The notes beneath the pieces were generated by a model. That model did no database searches and was not told the DNA's origin. It saw nothing but the letters and a program-made list of their open reading frames with translations. A stretch of DNA of 32,000 nucleotides. Source: Geobacter sulfurreducens PCA (lineage in GTDB: Bacteria; Desulfobacterota; Desulfuromonadia; Geobacterales; Geobacteraceae). The translations under genes and the position numbers were made by a program. The DNA is taken from contig NC_002939.5 in assembly GCF_000007985.2 (NCBI RefSeq), forward strand, positions 2,760,001-2,792,000, given 5' to 3'. Position 1 is the stretch's first letter. Every line of letters starts with the position of its first letter. This document shows positions 24,484 through 32,000 of the stretch, piece after piece.

Positions 24484-24622
24484 GTCAACCTCCCGTCAAT
24501 TGGCTTACACCGACACTGCGGCCCTCTCCGCGAAATAAAAGCTTCTCCGGAGAGTTACGGCCATTGCAGATCTTTCGCACTACCTCGTTCTGTATAATAC
24601 AACTCGTTAGGTAATGCAAATC

Positions 24623-24638
24623 TACAATTTACATGCCA
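24623..24638 (-). promoter_or_regulatory. Weak sigma-54-like site upstream of the membrane protein/nitroreductase pair
   Basis: The minus strand reads TGGCATGTAAATTGTA. The -24 element and spacing are good, but the -12 dinucleotide is GT rather than GC. It lies about 140 nt upstream of the GTG at 24483. Confidence 0.2.
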
Positions 24639-24671
24639 ATCCGTCCCTCCGGCATAACTACGCGGTACCGG

Positions 24672-25973
24672 TCAGCGTTCGAGACGCACGGCCGCCACGA
24701 GTTCTTCCAGTTCGAGTCCGCTCCCGACCACAACACCAAGGCTGCCGTCATCCTCGCGGCGATAGAGGTCGAAGAGGGGGCGGCGTTGTCCGTCCTCTCC
24801 CTTGACGCTCTTGGCGGTGACGATCCCCACCCGGGCAAGCTGGGGCTGGGAGCAGGAGTTGGGGCAGCCGGATATGGACCACCGGAGCGCCGCGGCATCG
24901 TCACCCATGGCGCCGATAACAGCCCGGGCCACGTCCCTGGTCGGCGCGAGTCCCATGGCGCATTCGTGGCTGCCGGGGCAGATGCGGAAGGCTACCCGCT
25001 GTTCGGGACGGTCCGCAGCGAATCCGGCGGCGGCCACGGCGTCGAGGGCATCCTGACGGCGCACGGATTCGGGCAGGAGGAAGCGCACGTTCTGATCACC
25101 GGTGAGCACCATGAAGCCGCCGGCAACGTCACGGGCCACGGCGGCCAAGGACCGCAGGCCGCCCGTTGTCAGTTCGCCGGCAAAGACCGGTGCCTCCACG
25201 CAGACGCCGCCGGCGGCGACGGACGGGAACAGCTCGCCGCTGAAGGAGTCGGCCAGGGGCAGAGGCTGGTCTCCCCGGCGCTCCGCCACCAAGGCGAGGA
25301 AGTCCTCGCGGCCCAGGTCGCGGACCAGATGCTTGAGACGCTTTCCCTTGGGCGCACGCTCCTTGTAGACCCGGACAATGGCCTCCACCAGGGGGATGAT
25401 CCGATCCTCGGCCACCGCCTCCTCCACCAGGAATGCCGGCGAGGGTTCCCGGCCGAGGCCGCCGGCTGCCCAGACATCGTAGCGCGGTGCATCGGCCTCG
25501 TTCTCCCGGTGCACGAGCGACAGGTCCTGGATCAGGTGCCGCCCCTCGTTATCGCCGGTAAAAACGCCGATCTTGAATTTTTTAGGCAGCGCCTCGAAAT
25601 GGGGATTGCGGGTAAAGTGCAGATGGAGCTTGTGGGCCAGTGACTGGACCAGGGGCCAGGCCGCGGCGGTGACCGAGCCGCAGACCACCCCGCGCACCGC
25701 CCCGCCGCAGGCGCCGCGGGAGGTGAGGCCCACGGCGGCAAGGCCGCGCCAGACCGATGAAAGGTGATCCTCGGTGAGGCCGTGCAGCTCGATGCTTCCC
25801 CTGGTGGTAAGATGGAGCAGGCCGCCGGCGAACCGGTCGGCGATGTCGGCCACCGCCTCGGCCTGCTCCGCTGAAAGAATGCCCGCCGGCACCTTTATCC
25901 GGAGCATGAAGGTCCCGGGTTGTCGCTGGGCATACACGCCGTCAATTCTGAGCTGTTGCGGATCGAATCGCAT
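24672..25973 (-). CDS. Nitrite/sulfite reductase-family siroheme/[4Fe-4S] hemoprotein (short form)
   Basis: 433 aa. Cys cluster CPGSHEC ... CPNSC (CX5C-Xn-CX3C), preceded by ferredoxin-like half-domain repeats. Confidence 0.85.
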   Translation of the reverse strand: MRFDPQQLRIDGVYAQRQPGTFMLRIKVPAGILSAEQAEAVADIADRFAGGLLHLTTRGSIELHGLTEDHLSSVWRGLAAVGLTSRGACGGAVRGVVCGSVTAAAWPLVQSLAHKLHLHFTRNPHFEALPKKFKIGVFTGDNEGRHLIQDLSLVHRENEADAPRYDVWAAGGLGREPSPAFLVEEAVAEDRIIPLVEAIVRVYKERAPKGKRLKHLVRDLGREDFLALVAERRGDQPLPLADSFSGELFPSVAAGGVCVEAPVFAGELTTGGLRSLAAVARDVAGGFMVLTGDQNVRFLLPESVRRQDALDAVAAAGFAADRPEQRVAFRICPGSHECAMGLAPTRDVARAVIGAMGDDAAALRWSISGCPNSCSQPQLARVGIVTAKSVKGEDGQRRPLFDLYRREDDGSLGVVVGSGLELEELVAAVRLER

Positions 25974-25980
25974 TGCCTAC

Positions 25981-26009
25981 CTCTTTGGTAAATAATTTTA
26001 GCCAAAGAG
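25981..26009 (-). promoter_or_regulatory. Hairpin occluding the Shine-Dalgarno of the sulfite-reductase-like gene
   Basis: CTCTTTGG (25981..25988) and CCAAAGAG (26002..26009) form an 8-bp stem with a 13-nt loop. The minus-strand AAGAGG Shine-Dalgarno (25980..25985) lies in the 3' arm, 6 nt from the ATG. Confidence 0.3.
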
Positions 26010-26063
26010 TACCACAAAAATACTGCACTTTAAACCATAAAATACCCACCCAAATATACCGCA

Positions 26064-27944
26064 CTATTCCCGATCATCTCTGCCGTACTTTTTTCGATCC
26101 TTTCCCTGTCCCTCGTCCCGCCGCTCCCGGGCCGGACGCTGGAGTTCGGGCTCGCGGGCCTGTTCCGGGCGGGGTGCGGGACGATTCGAGATTTCCCGCC
26201 CCTGGCCGCCGGCACCGGCGGGGGGCGCCGGCTTTACCTGCGGTGTCTGCTCCTCGGGGGCGGGGGCCTGCCTTTTCATCTCCGGCACCTGCTTCTTTAC
26301 CTCCGGCATCTGCTTCCTTGTGTCGGGGGCGGGCGTCTTCACCTGGGGCGACCGTTGCTGGACGCGGGGCTGACGCACCGCATCATCCGGGCGTGGCGGG
26401 GGGGACGGCGCCTTGCCGGGAACGGCGCGCGGTACCGGGGGCGGGGGAGCGTTGCGTCCCTTCCCTTCTGGTGTCCGTTCGCGACCGGAGGGAAGCCCGG
26501 CACCTTTTCCGCCCTGCCGACTGCCGGACGGCGCCGGCGCGGCTTCCTGGCGATGCGGCGTTTCGCGGCGCTTGACCCGCATTTCGTCGGCCTGGCGGCC
26601 GGGGCTGAAGACCGATCCGGCGTCGCCGGGAACCGTGCGGCGGTCGCGCCGTACCTCCTCCGGTTTCAGCTTCCTGATGCGCTCCGGCGGCTGCCGTTCG
26701 GGTGCTATCCGCTTGTCGATGGGGCGCCGGGTTTCCCGGGCGGGCCTGATGGCCGGGGGACCGACCTCGACTCTGGCGGAGATGAACGGGTTCTCCCGCG
26801 CAATCGAACGCCCTCTCCTCCCCGTGATGAATGTGTCCCGGTCGATGATGGTGACGGCGTTGCGGACGTGAATGTGGCGGTATGTGCGGACCACTACCGG
26901 ATTCACCGCCACGTTCGTGATATCAACGCTGAAGGGGCCGTAAAAGCCGATGCCGTAGTAAATCTCCCCTGGCGCCAGCGGGACCCAGGCCACGGTGTCC
27001 GAGCTGTACACCCACCCCACGTACCCAGGCCCCCAGTAGGCGGCGCCACGGGAGGGAGGCACCCAGCACCAGCCGACCCGGGACACGAATACCCACCGCC
27101 CGTAATGGTAGGGTGCCCACCCCCAGGGCTCATAGGAGATCCAGACGTAGGAGCCACGCACCCACGTCCACCGCCCCAGCCGATAGGGGGCCCAGTCCAC
27201 GGCGGCTGAGACCCGGGGCGACCAGACGTAGCCGTACTCCCTCGCGTAGAGCCACCGGCCGTTGGCGTCCAGGTCAGCCGCGTAGTCGTCCAGTTCGTCG
27301 GGAACGTAACGGAGGCTTTCAGCCGCATCGGCCAGCAGCCGGTCCCGCTTCCGGTTCCAGGTTTCCCACTCGTCGGGCGAGCCGATCGGGGCGATCTCCG
27401 CCTGCTCGTCGGCCCTCAGCCGCAGCTCGCTGCCGGCGGAGACGCGTGTCGTGCCCTGGCGGGTCTCCACCACGGCATAGCCCTTGATCACTGCCACGAC
27501 CGCGGTCCCTCCGCTCGTGGCGTCAACCATGACGATGGAGTTGTCGTAAATGCCGGTCGAGGCGTAGGGGGTGTCGACCCGGATGCGGTCGACCCCGCCC
27601 TTGCGATTGGTGAGATAGGCCCGTCCTTCGGCCAGGCTGAGCTGGAACGATTCCCGGCCCAGGTCGACGATGTCGAGGGCGGTCCGGGCATCGACCCGCA
27701 CCTGGACTCCTCCCCGCACCTGGATCTCCGCCCGGCTCCCGTCCGGCGACCAGAGCCGGTCTCCTTCGGCCAGCGGCGTATTGACCGCCGCCGCTACCCA
27801 CTCATTGGTGTCCTCGGTGAGTATCTGCACGTCTCCCGCCACCAGCGAAAGCCGGGCAGTACCAAGCTCGGCCGCGCCGACAACCGACGCGACCCAGAGG
27901 ATCACAATGGCGCACAACGCTGCTGCGCGACTCACGATTCCCAT
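26064..27944 (-). CDS. FecR-domain protein with WxxGxW-type Trp/Tyr-rich repeat region and basic Pro-rich C-terminal tail
   Basis: The start is placed at the ATG at 27944, which has a GGGGAGG Shine-Dalgarno and opens [24 protein letters not shown]. FecR-like beta region ([13 protein letters not shown]...), then [12 protein letters not shown] / [14 protein letters not shown] / GWCWVP repeats. A long low-complexity P/R/K/E tail ends the protein. Confidence 0.75.
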   Translation of the reverse strand: MGIVSRAAALCAIVILWVASVVGAAELGTARLSLVAGDVQILTEDTNEWVAAAVNTPLAEGDRLWSPDGSRAEIQVRGGVQVRVDARTALDIVDLGRESFQLSLAEGRAYLTNRKGGVDRIRVDTPYASTGIYDNSIVMVDATSGGTAVVAVIKGYAVVETRQGTTRVSAGSELRLRADEQAEIAPIGSPDEWETWNRKRDRLLADAAESLRYVPDELDDYAADLDANGRWLYAREYGYVWSPRVSAAVDWAPYRLGRWTWVRGSYVWISYEPWGWAPYHYGRWVFVSRVGWCWVPPSRGAAYWGPGYVGWVYSSDTVAWVPLAPGEIYYGIGFYGPFSVDITNVAVNPVVVRTYRHIHVRNAVTIIDRDTFITGRRGRSIARENPFISARVEVGPPAIRPARETRRPIDKRIAPERQPPERIRKLKPEEVRRDRRTVPGDAGSVFSPGRQADEMRVKRRETPHRQEAAPAPSGSRQGGKGAGLPSGRERTPEGKGRNAPPPPVPRAVPGKAPSPPPRPDDAVRQPRVQQRSPQVKTPAPDTRKQMPEVKKQVPEMKRQAPAPEEQTPQVKPAPPAGAGGQGREISNRPAPRPEQAREPELQRPARERRDEGQGKDRKKYGRDDRE

Positions 27945-28176
27945 GATCAACCTCCCCTCAGGCGTCCCGGGCGGGTGCTCTGCGGAAGGATTCCGGTCAC
28001 GGCCGCCGGCTGCGACCCAACTGACCGGAATTACCGGCACACAGCACCCCGGCGGGATACCGGGCTGTTTTACAATTCTAGCGATGGACGGGCGGGGCGC
28101 AACGCACCCTCCATCCATCTGGCAAAGACCGCTCCTTTTCGCTATACTGTCGGACAATTCGCGTCCCGGAGGTCCC

Positions 28177-30246
28177 ATGGCCCGCCCCCCCCTCGACCAG
28201 GTCCGCACCATCGGCATCATCTCCCACATCGACGCCGGCAAGACCACGGTGTCCGAACGCATCCTCTTCTACACCGGTGAAACCCACAAGATGGGCGAAG
28301 TCCACGACGGCGAGGCGGTCATGGACTGGATGCCCCAGGAGCAGGAACGGGGAATCACCATCACCTCCACCGCCACCGTTTGCACCTGGCGTAACCACCG
28401 GCTCAACCTGGTGGACACGCCCGGACACATCGATTTCACCATTGAAGTGGAACGGAGCCTCAGGGTCCTCGACGGCGCAGTGACCATCTTCAGCGCCGTG
28501 GAGGGGGTCCAGCCCCAGAGCGAATCGGTCTGGCGGCAGGCCGACCGCTACGGGGTCCCCCGCATCTGCTTCATCAACAAGATGGACCGGGTCGGCGCCG
28601 ACCTGCGGGGCACCCTGCGTCAGATGGAAGAGAAGCTCAAGGCCCGGCCGGTGCTTCTCCAACTCCCCGTGGGCGAAGAAACCGGCTTCCGCGGGGTGAT
28701 CGACCTCCTTGCCGAGGAGCTGATTACCTTTGCCGACGGGGACCAGGGACGAACGGTCAGCCGGGGTCCCGTGCCTGCGGACCTGCTGGACGCGGCCCGC
28801 GAGGGCCGGGATGCCGTTGCCGAGGCGGCCGCCGATTTCGACGACGCCATCCTCGCCGATCTCCTGGAAGGCAAGGATATCACCGCCGCCCGGCTGCGGG
28901 GCGCACTCAGGCTCGGCGTCCTGGCCTGCCGCATCTTCCCGGTGCTCCTGGGCTCTGCCCTCCGGAACAAAGGGATCCAGCCATTGCTGGACGCCGTGGT
29001 CGACTTTCTCCCCTCGCCCCTTGACGTTCCCCCTGCTAAGGGCAAACGTCCCGGCAGCGAAACCGTTGACGAACTCCCCTGCGACCCCGGCGGCCCCTTC
29101 TGCGCCCTGGCCTTCAAGGTCCAGTCGGAGGATGGACGCAAGCTCACCTATCTCCGGGTCTATTCGGGCACCATCAAAGCGGGCGGCGCGGTCTGGAACA
29201 GCTCCCGGGGGTGCTTCGAGAAGCTCGCCCGGCTCTTCCGGATGCATGCCCACAAGCGGGAACAGATCGAGGAGGCGGCCGCCGGCGACATCGTGGCGGC
29301 GGCAGGGCTCAAGGAGGTGCTGACCGGCGACACCCTCTGCGACCCGGCCCACCGGATCGTGCTGGAGGGACTGGCCGTGCCGGAGCCGGTGGTATCGCTG
29401 GCGGTGGAGGCGCGTGGGGTCGACGACCGGGACAAGCTCCTGCCGGCCCTGGAGAAGCTCCAGTGGGAAGACCCCACCTTCCGGGTCCACGAGGACGAAG
29501 AAACGGGCCAGACCATTCTCACCGGCATGGGTGAACTCCACCTGGAAGTGGTTGTGGACCGGCTGCAGAGGGAATTCGGCGTAGGAGTTAAGACCGGACG
29601 ACCCCAGGTGGTCTATCGGGAAACCATCACCCGGGCGGTGGAGCGGCGGGAGATCTTCCGGGCCGAGCATGAGGGAAAAGTCCAGGGGGGAGAGGTTCTG
29701 CTGCAGCTGTCGCCCCTGCCGCGAGGGGCCGGGGTGCGGGTGAACGTGCCGGACGCCGCGGAACTGGGCATCGGCAAGGAGTTGCGGGACGCGGTGGCCG
29801 ACAGCATCGGCCGGGCCTGCTCTGCCGGGGCCCGCACCGGCTACCCCCTCACCGATCTGGAGGTACGGGTGGCGGCGATTCCGGTGGAGCCGGGCGTTAC
29901 CACTGACGCGGGGGTTCGGGCGGCGGCAGGCAGGGGGCTCATGCTGGCGGCCCGGGACGCGGGGCCCACGCTCCTGGAGCCGGTCATGAACCTGGAAATC
30001 GTCATCCCGGCCGACTATGCCGGCAAGGTCCTCGGGTCGGTTCAGCAGAAGCGGGGACGGATCGAAGGAATCAGCAGCCAGGGCGACACGGAGACCATCC
30101 GGGCGTCGGTCCCCCTGGCGGAAATGTTCGGCTACATGACCGAACTGCGCAGCGCCACCAAGGGGCGCGGCACCTACACCATGGAATTCTCCCACTACGA
30201 TCGGGCCCCGATCGAGGTGCTGCGGCGCTTCGGCCTGGAGGCGTGA
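28177..30246 (+). CDS. Elongation factor G paralogue
   Basis: The start is placed at the ATG at 28177 with a GGAGG Shine-Dalgarno. G1 [10 protein letters not shown]3 DTPGHIDF, G4 NKMDR, and full EF-G domain II-V length (689 aa). It is not in an rpsL-rpsG-fusA-tuf context. Confidence 0.95.
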   Translation: MARPPLDQVRTIGIISHIDAGKTTVSERILFYTGETHKMGEVHDGEAVMDWMPQEQERGITITSTATVCTWRNHRLNLVDTPGHIDFTIEVERSLRVLDGAVTIFSAVEGVQPQSESVWRQADRYGVPRICFINKMDRVGADLRGTLRQMEEKLKARPVLLQLPVGEETGFRGVIDLLAEELITFADGDQGRTVSRGPVPADLLDAAREGRDAVAEAAADFDDAILADLLEGKDITAARLRGALRLGVLACRIFPVLLGSALRNKGIQPLLDAVVDFLPSPLDVPPAKGKRPGSETVDELPCDPGGPFCALAFKVQSEDGRKLTYLRVYSGTIKAGGAVWNSSRGCFEKLARLFRMHAHKREQIEEAAAGDIVAAAGLKEVLTGDTLCDPAHRIVLEGLAVPEPVVSLAVEARGVDDRDKLLPALEKLQWEDPTFRVHEDEETGQTILTGMGELHLEVVVDRLQREFGVGVKTGRPQVVYRETITRAVERREIFRAEHEGKVQGGEVLLQLSPLPRGAGVRVNVPDAAELGIGKELRDAVADSIGRACSAGARTGYPLTDLEVRVAAIPVEPGVTTDAGVRAAAGRGLMLAARDAGPTLLEPVMNLEIVIPADYAGKVLGSVQQKRGRIEGISSQGDTETIRASVPLAEMFGYMTELRSATKGRGTYTMEFSHYDRAPIEVLRRFGLEA

Positions 30247-30255
30247 ACCGGACGG

Positions 30256-31332
30256 CTACTTCTTTCCCTTCTTGCGCAGCACCGCCCGCAACCCCTTGGC
30301 CATGCGGCGCTCCCCCTTCTTGCGCTCCCGCCGCCCCTCGGCATCGGCCAGGGTTGCCATGGTTTCTTCTTCCAGCCGAAGCTTGAGATAGCTGCCGTAG
30401 CGGCCCGGATCCAGCCCGCCCTCGGCCAGGGCGGTGCGGACGGCACAGCCGGGCTCGTGCCGGTGGGAACAGTCGTGAAAACGGCAGCCGGCGGCCAGCT
30501 CCGCGATCTCGGGGAACGCCGCGTCGATCCCCTCGTCCACCTGCCAGAGGCCGAATTCCCGCATCCCCGGTGTGTCGATGACGATTCCCCCGCCCGGCAG
30601 GAGGATAAGCTGACGATGGGTGGTGGTGTGGCGCCCCTTGGCGTCCCGCTCGCGCACCGCGCCGATGGCCATGACCGGATCTCCTGCCAGCAGGTTGACC
30701 AAGCTCGACTTGCCCACGCCGGACGGTCCGATGAAGCAGGCGGTCACACCGGGGGCGAGAAGGGCTCCGACTTCGTCGACACCGGCGCCGTCCAGGGAGC
30801 TGACGGTCATGACCCGGATGCCGGGAGCGACCGTTGCGGCCTCCTCCGCCGGTGCGGCCGGATCACCGGCCAGATCGCTCTTGGTGAGCAGTACCACCGG
30901 TTCGGCGCCGCTCTCGCGGGCCGCGGCCAGGAACCGTTCGAGCCGGCGAAGGTTGAGGGCGCCATCCAGGCCGGCTACGATGAAGACGATGTCGACGTTG
31001 GCGGCAACCGGCTGAACCTCGGCCCCACGGCCCGACTCACGGCGGGCCAGGATGGTGCGGCGGGGCAGAACGGCCCGCACCAGGACGGTGCTGTCGCCGG
31101 CAACGGGCTCCACAATCACCCAGTCGCCCACCACCGGCCGTTCGAGCCGATCGCCGGCCGTCTCCCGCATGGCGCGGCCGGTGAGGATGGCCGCCACCTC
31201 GCCGTCGGCCGTGCGCACCCGGTATTCGCCGCGCTGCTCGGCAACGACCCGCCCCGGCCGGCCGGCGTCGGAAGACGCCCCGGCATGGGCGGCGAACCAG
31301 TCGTCCCATCCCATTTTTACAAGTAATTCCAT
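30256..31332 (-). CDS. rsgA: Ribosome small-subunit-dependent GTPase A
   Basis: GPSGVGKSSLVN P-loop, a circularly permuted GTPase order, and the C-terminal zinc motif CRFHDCSHRHEPGCAV. I prefer the ATG at 31332 (AAGGA upstream) over the GTG at 31350. Confidence 0.9.
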   Translation of the reverse strand: MELLVKMGWDDWFAAHAGASSDAGRPGRVVAEQRGEYRVRTADGEVAAILTGRAMRETAGDRLERPVVGDWVIVEPVAGDSTVLVRAVLPRRTILARRESGRGAEVQPVAANVDIVFIVAGLDGALNLRRLERFLAAARESGAEPVVLLTKSDLAGDPAAPAEEAATVAPGIRVMTVSSLDGAGVDEVGALLAPGVTACFIGPSGVGKSSLVNLLAGDPVMAIGAVRERDAKGRHTTTHRQLILLPGGGIVIDTPGMREFGLWQVDEGIDAAFPEIAELAAGCRFHDCSHRHEPGCAVRTALAEGGLDPGRYGSYLKLRLEEETMATLADAEGRRERKKGERRMAKGLRAVLRKKGKK

Positions 31333-31397
31333 GAGAGTCCTTATGCTCACATCCTCGTGGGAAGGAACCGCTGAGGGGTCTGCTGTTACGTTATCAC

Positions 31398-31447
31398 TTT
31401 TCCTCCGGGCGGCCCCTAAGGGGACCGGGGGCTCACCCGGAGGAAAA
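31398..31447. other. 12-bp inverted repeat hairpin between the kinase and rsgA
   Basis: TTTTCCTCCGGG (31398..31409) / CCCGGAGGAAAA (31436..31447), with an inner CCCCT-A-AGGGG mini-hairpin. No U-tract follows on either strand. Confidence 0.3.
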
Positions 31448-31470
31448 AGTCGTGCAACAAAGCAGAACTA

Positions 31471-32000
31471 CTATAGCGGGAGTTTGTGAGAAAAGGAAGA
31501 CGGCAGGGTGAAGCTGAACGTGCTCCCCACGCCCGGTTCGGACTCGCACCAGATGCGGCCACCCAGCCGCCGCACCAGGGTCTTCACGAAGGCCAGCCCC
31601 ATCCCCTCGCCGGGGACATCCTGCCGGCCGGCGCGGCGGAACAGTTCGAAGACCCGGGGGATTTCTTCCTCCCTGATGCCGCGCCCGTTGTCCTTCACAT
31701 GGAAGACGCACTCCTCGCCGCCCACATCGGCCCAGATCTCCAGACGGCCCGGCCGCCCGGGCTCCAGGTACTTGAGGGAGTTGTCCAGCAGGTTGCCCAT
31801 GATCTGTTCCATGGCAATCCGGTCCGCGGTGATGACCGGAAGGTCGCGGATCGCCACTTCGGTACGGTTCGTCTCGATCTGATGGGCCAGGGAGTCGAGG
31901 ATCGAACGCACGACAGCGCCCATGTCGACCGGTTCCGTCTTGAGTTCCCTGCGACCGAGGCGCGACAGGTTGAGAATGGCGGTGATGAGGGTATCCATGC
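31471..32000 (-). CDS. Histidine kinase, C-terminal part (gene continues beyond the window)
   Basis: HATPase_c motifs: N-box NLLDNSLKYL, G1 DNGRGI, G2 GEGMGLAFV. The dimerisation/H-box region would lie past coordinate 32000. Confidence 0.8.
   Translation of the reverse strand, partial: MDTLITAILNLSRLGRRELKTEPVDMGAVVRSILDSLAHQIETNRTEVAIRDLPVITADRIAMEQIMGNLLDNSLKYLEPGRPGRLEIWADVGGEECVFHVKDNGRGIREEEIPRVFELFRRAGRQDVPGEGMGLAFVKTLVRRLGGRIWCESEPGVGSTFSFTLPSSFSHKLPL

Noticed and set aside
24588-24600. Perfect TATAAT hexamer on the + strand in the 24484..24671 intergenic region.
   Set aside because: It has no convincing -35 element and no + strand gene downstream; it points into the 3' end of the convergent sulfite-reductase-like gene. 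An antisense promoter cannot be excluded but is unsupported.
26280-26321. Tandem 21-nt repeats considered as a possible CRISPR or VNTR element.
   Set aside because: There are only two imperfect copies with no spacers, and they lie inside the coding low-complexity tail of the FecR-like protein.
28040-28075. CCCGG-CGGGATA-CCGGG hairpin followed by CTGTTTT in the FecR/EF-G divergent region, considered as a terminator.
   Set aside because: The stem is only 5 bp and no upstream + strand gene exists for it to terminate.

Overview
High-GC bacterial chromosomal window with a Geobacter/Desulfuromonadales-like gene repertoire; that placement is inferred from gene content only. About 26 genes are supportable, and most long overlapping ORFs in the track are antisense GC-shadow ORFs. 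Left to right: a secreted NHL-repeat protein; a Cache-HAMP histidine kinase with a REC-PAS-AAA+ sigma-54 activator; a TMTC-like membrane/TPR glycosyltransferase, a GT2 and a methyltransferase; a CHASE4-PAS-GGDEF-EAL protein; a small secreted protein; and two monoheme c-type cytochromes, the second behind a GEMM-I cyclic-dinucleotide riboswitch with a terminator platform. Next is a seven-gene minus-strand operon (14340..20773) with a divergent LysR regulator. It is followed by an orphan sigma-54 response regulator, a membrane protein coupled to a nitroreductase, a sulfite/nitrite-reductase-like hemoprotein, a FecR/WxxGxW-repeat protein, an EF-G paralogue, RsgA and a truncated histidine kinase. 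I recognised no rRNA, tRNA, CRISPR array, transposase or integrase. The best candidate for an undescribed system is the seven-gene operon. It combines sulfur/selenium-carrier domains (DsrE-like, YedF, three rhodanese proteins) with an ATP-dependent activase, an HGD-D (double-cubane-type) metalloprotein, and an HdrD-like Fe-S/CCG protein fused across the membrane to rhodaneses. Its first gene carries a 1-nt frameshift. All calls come from reading the sequence and ORF translations; no database search was run.
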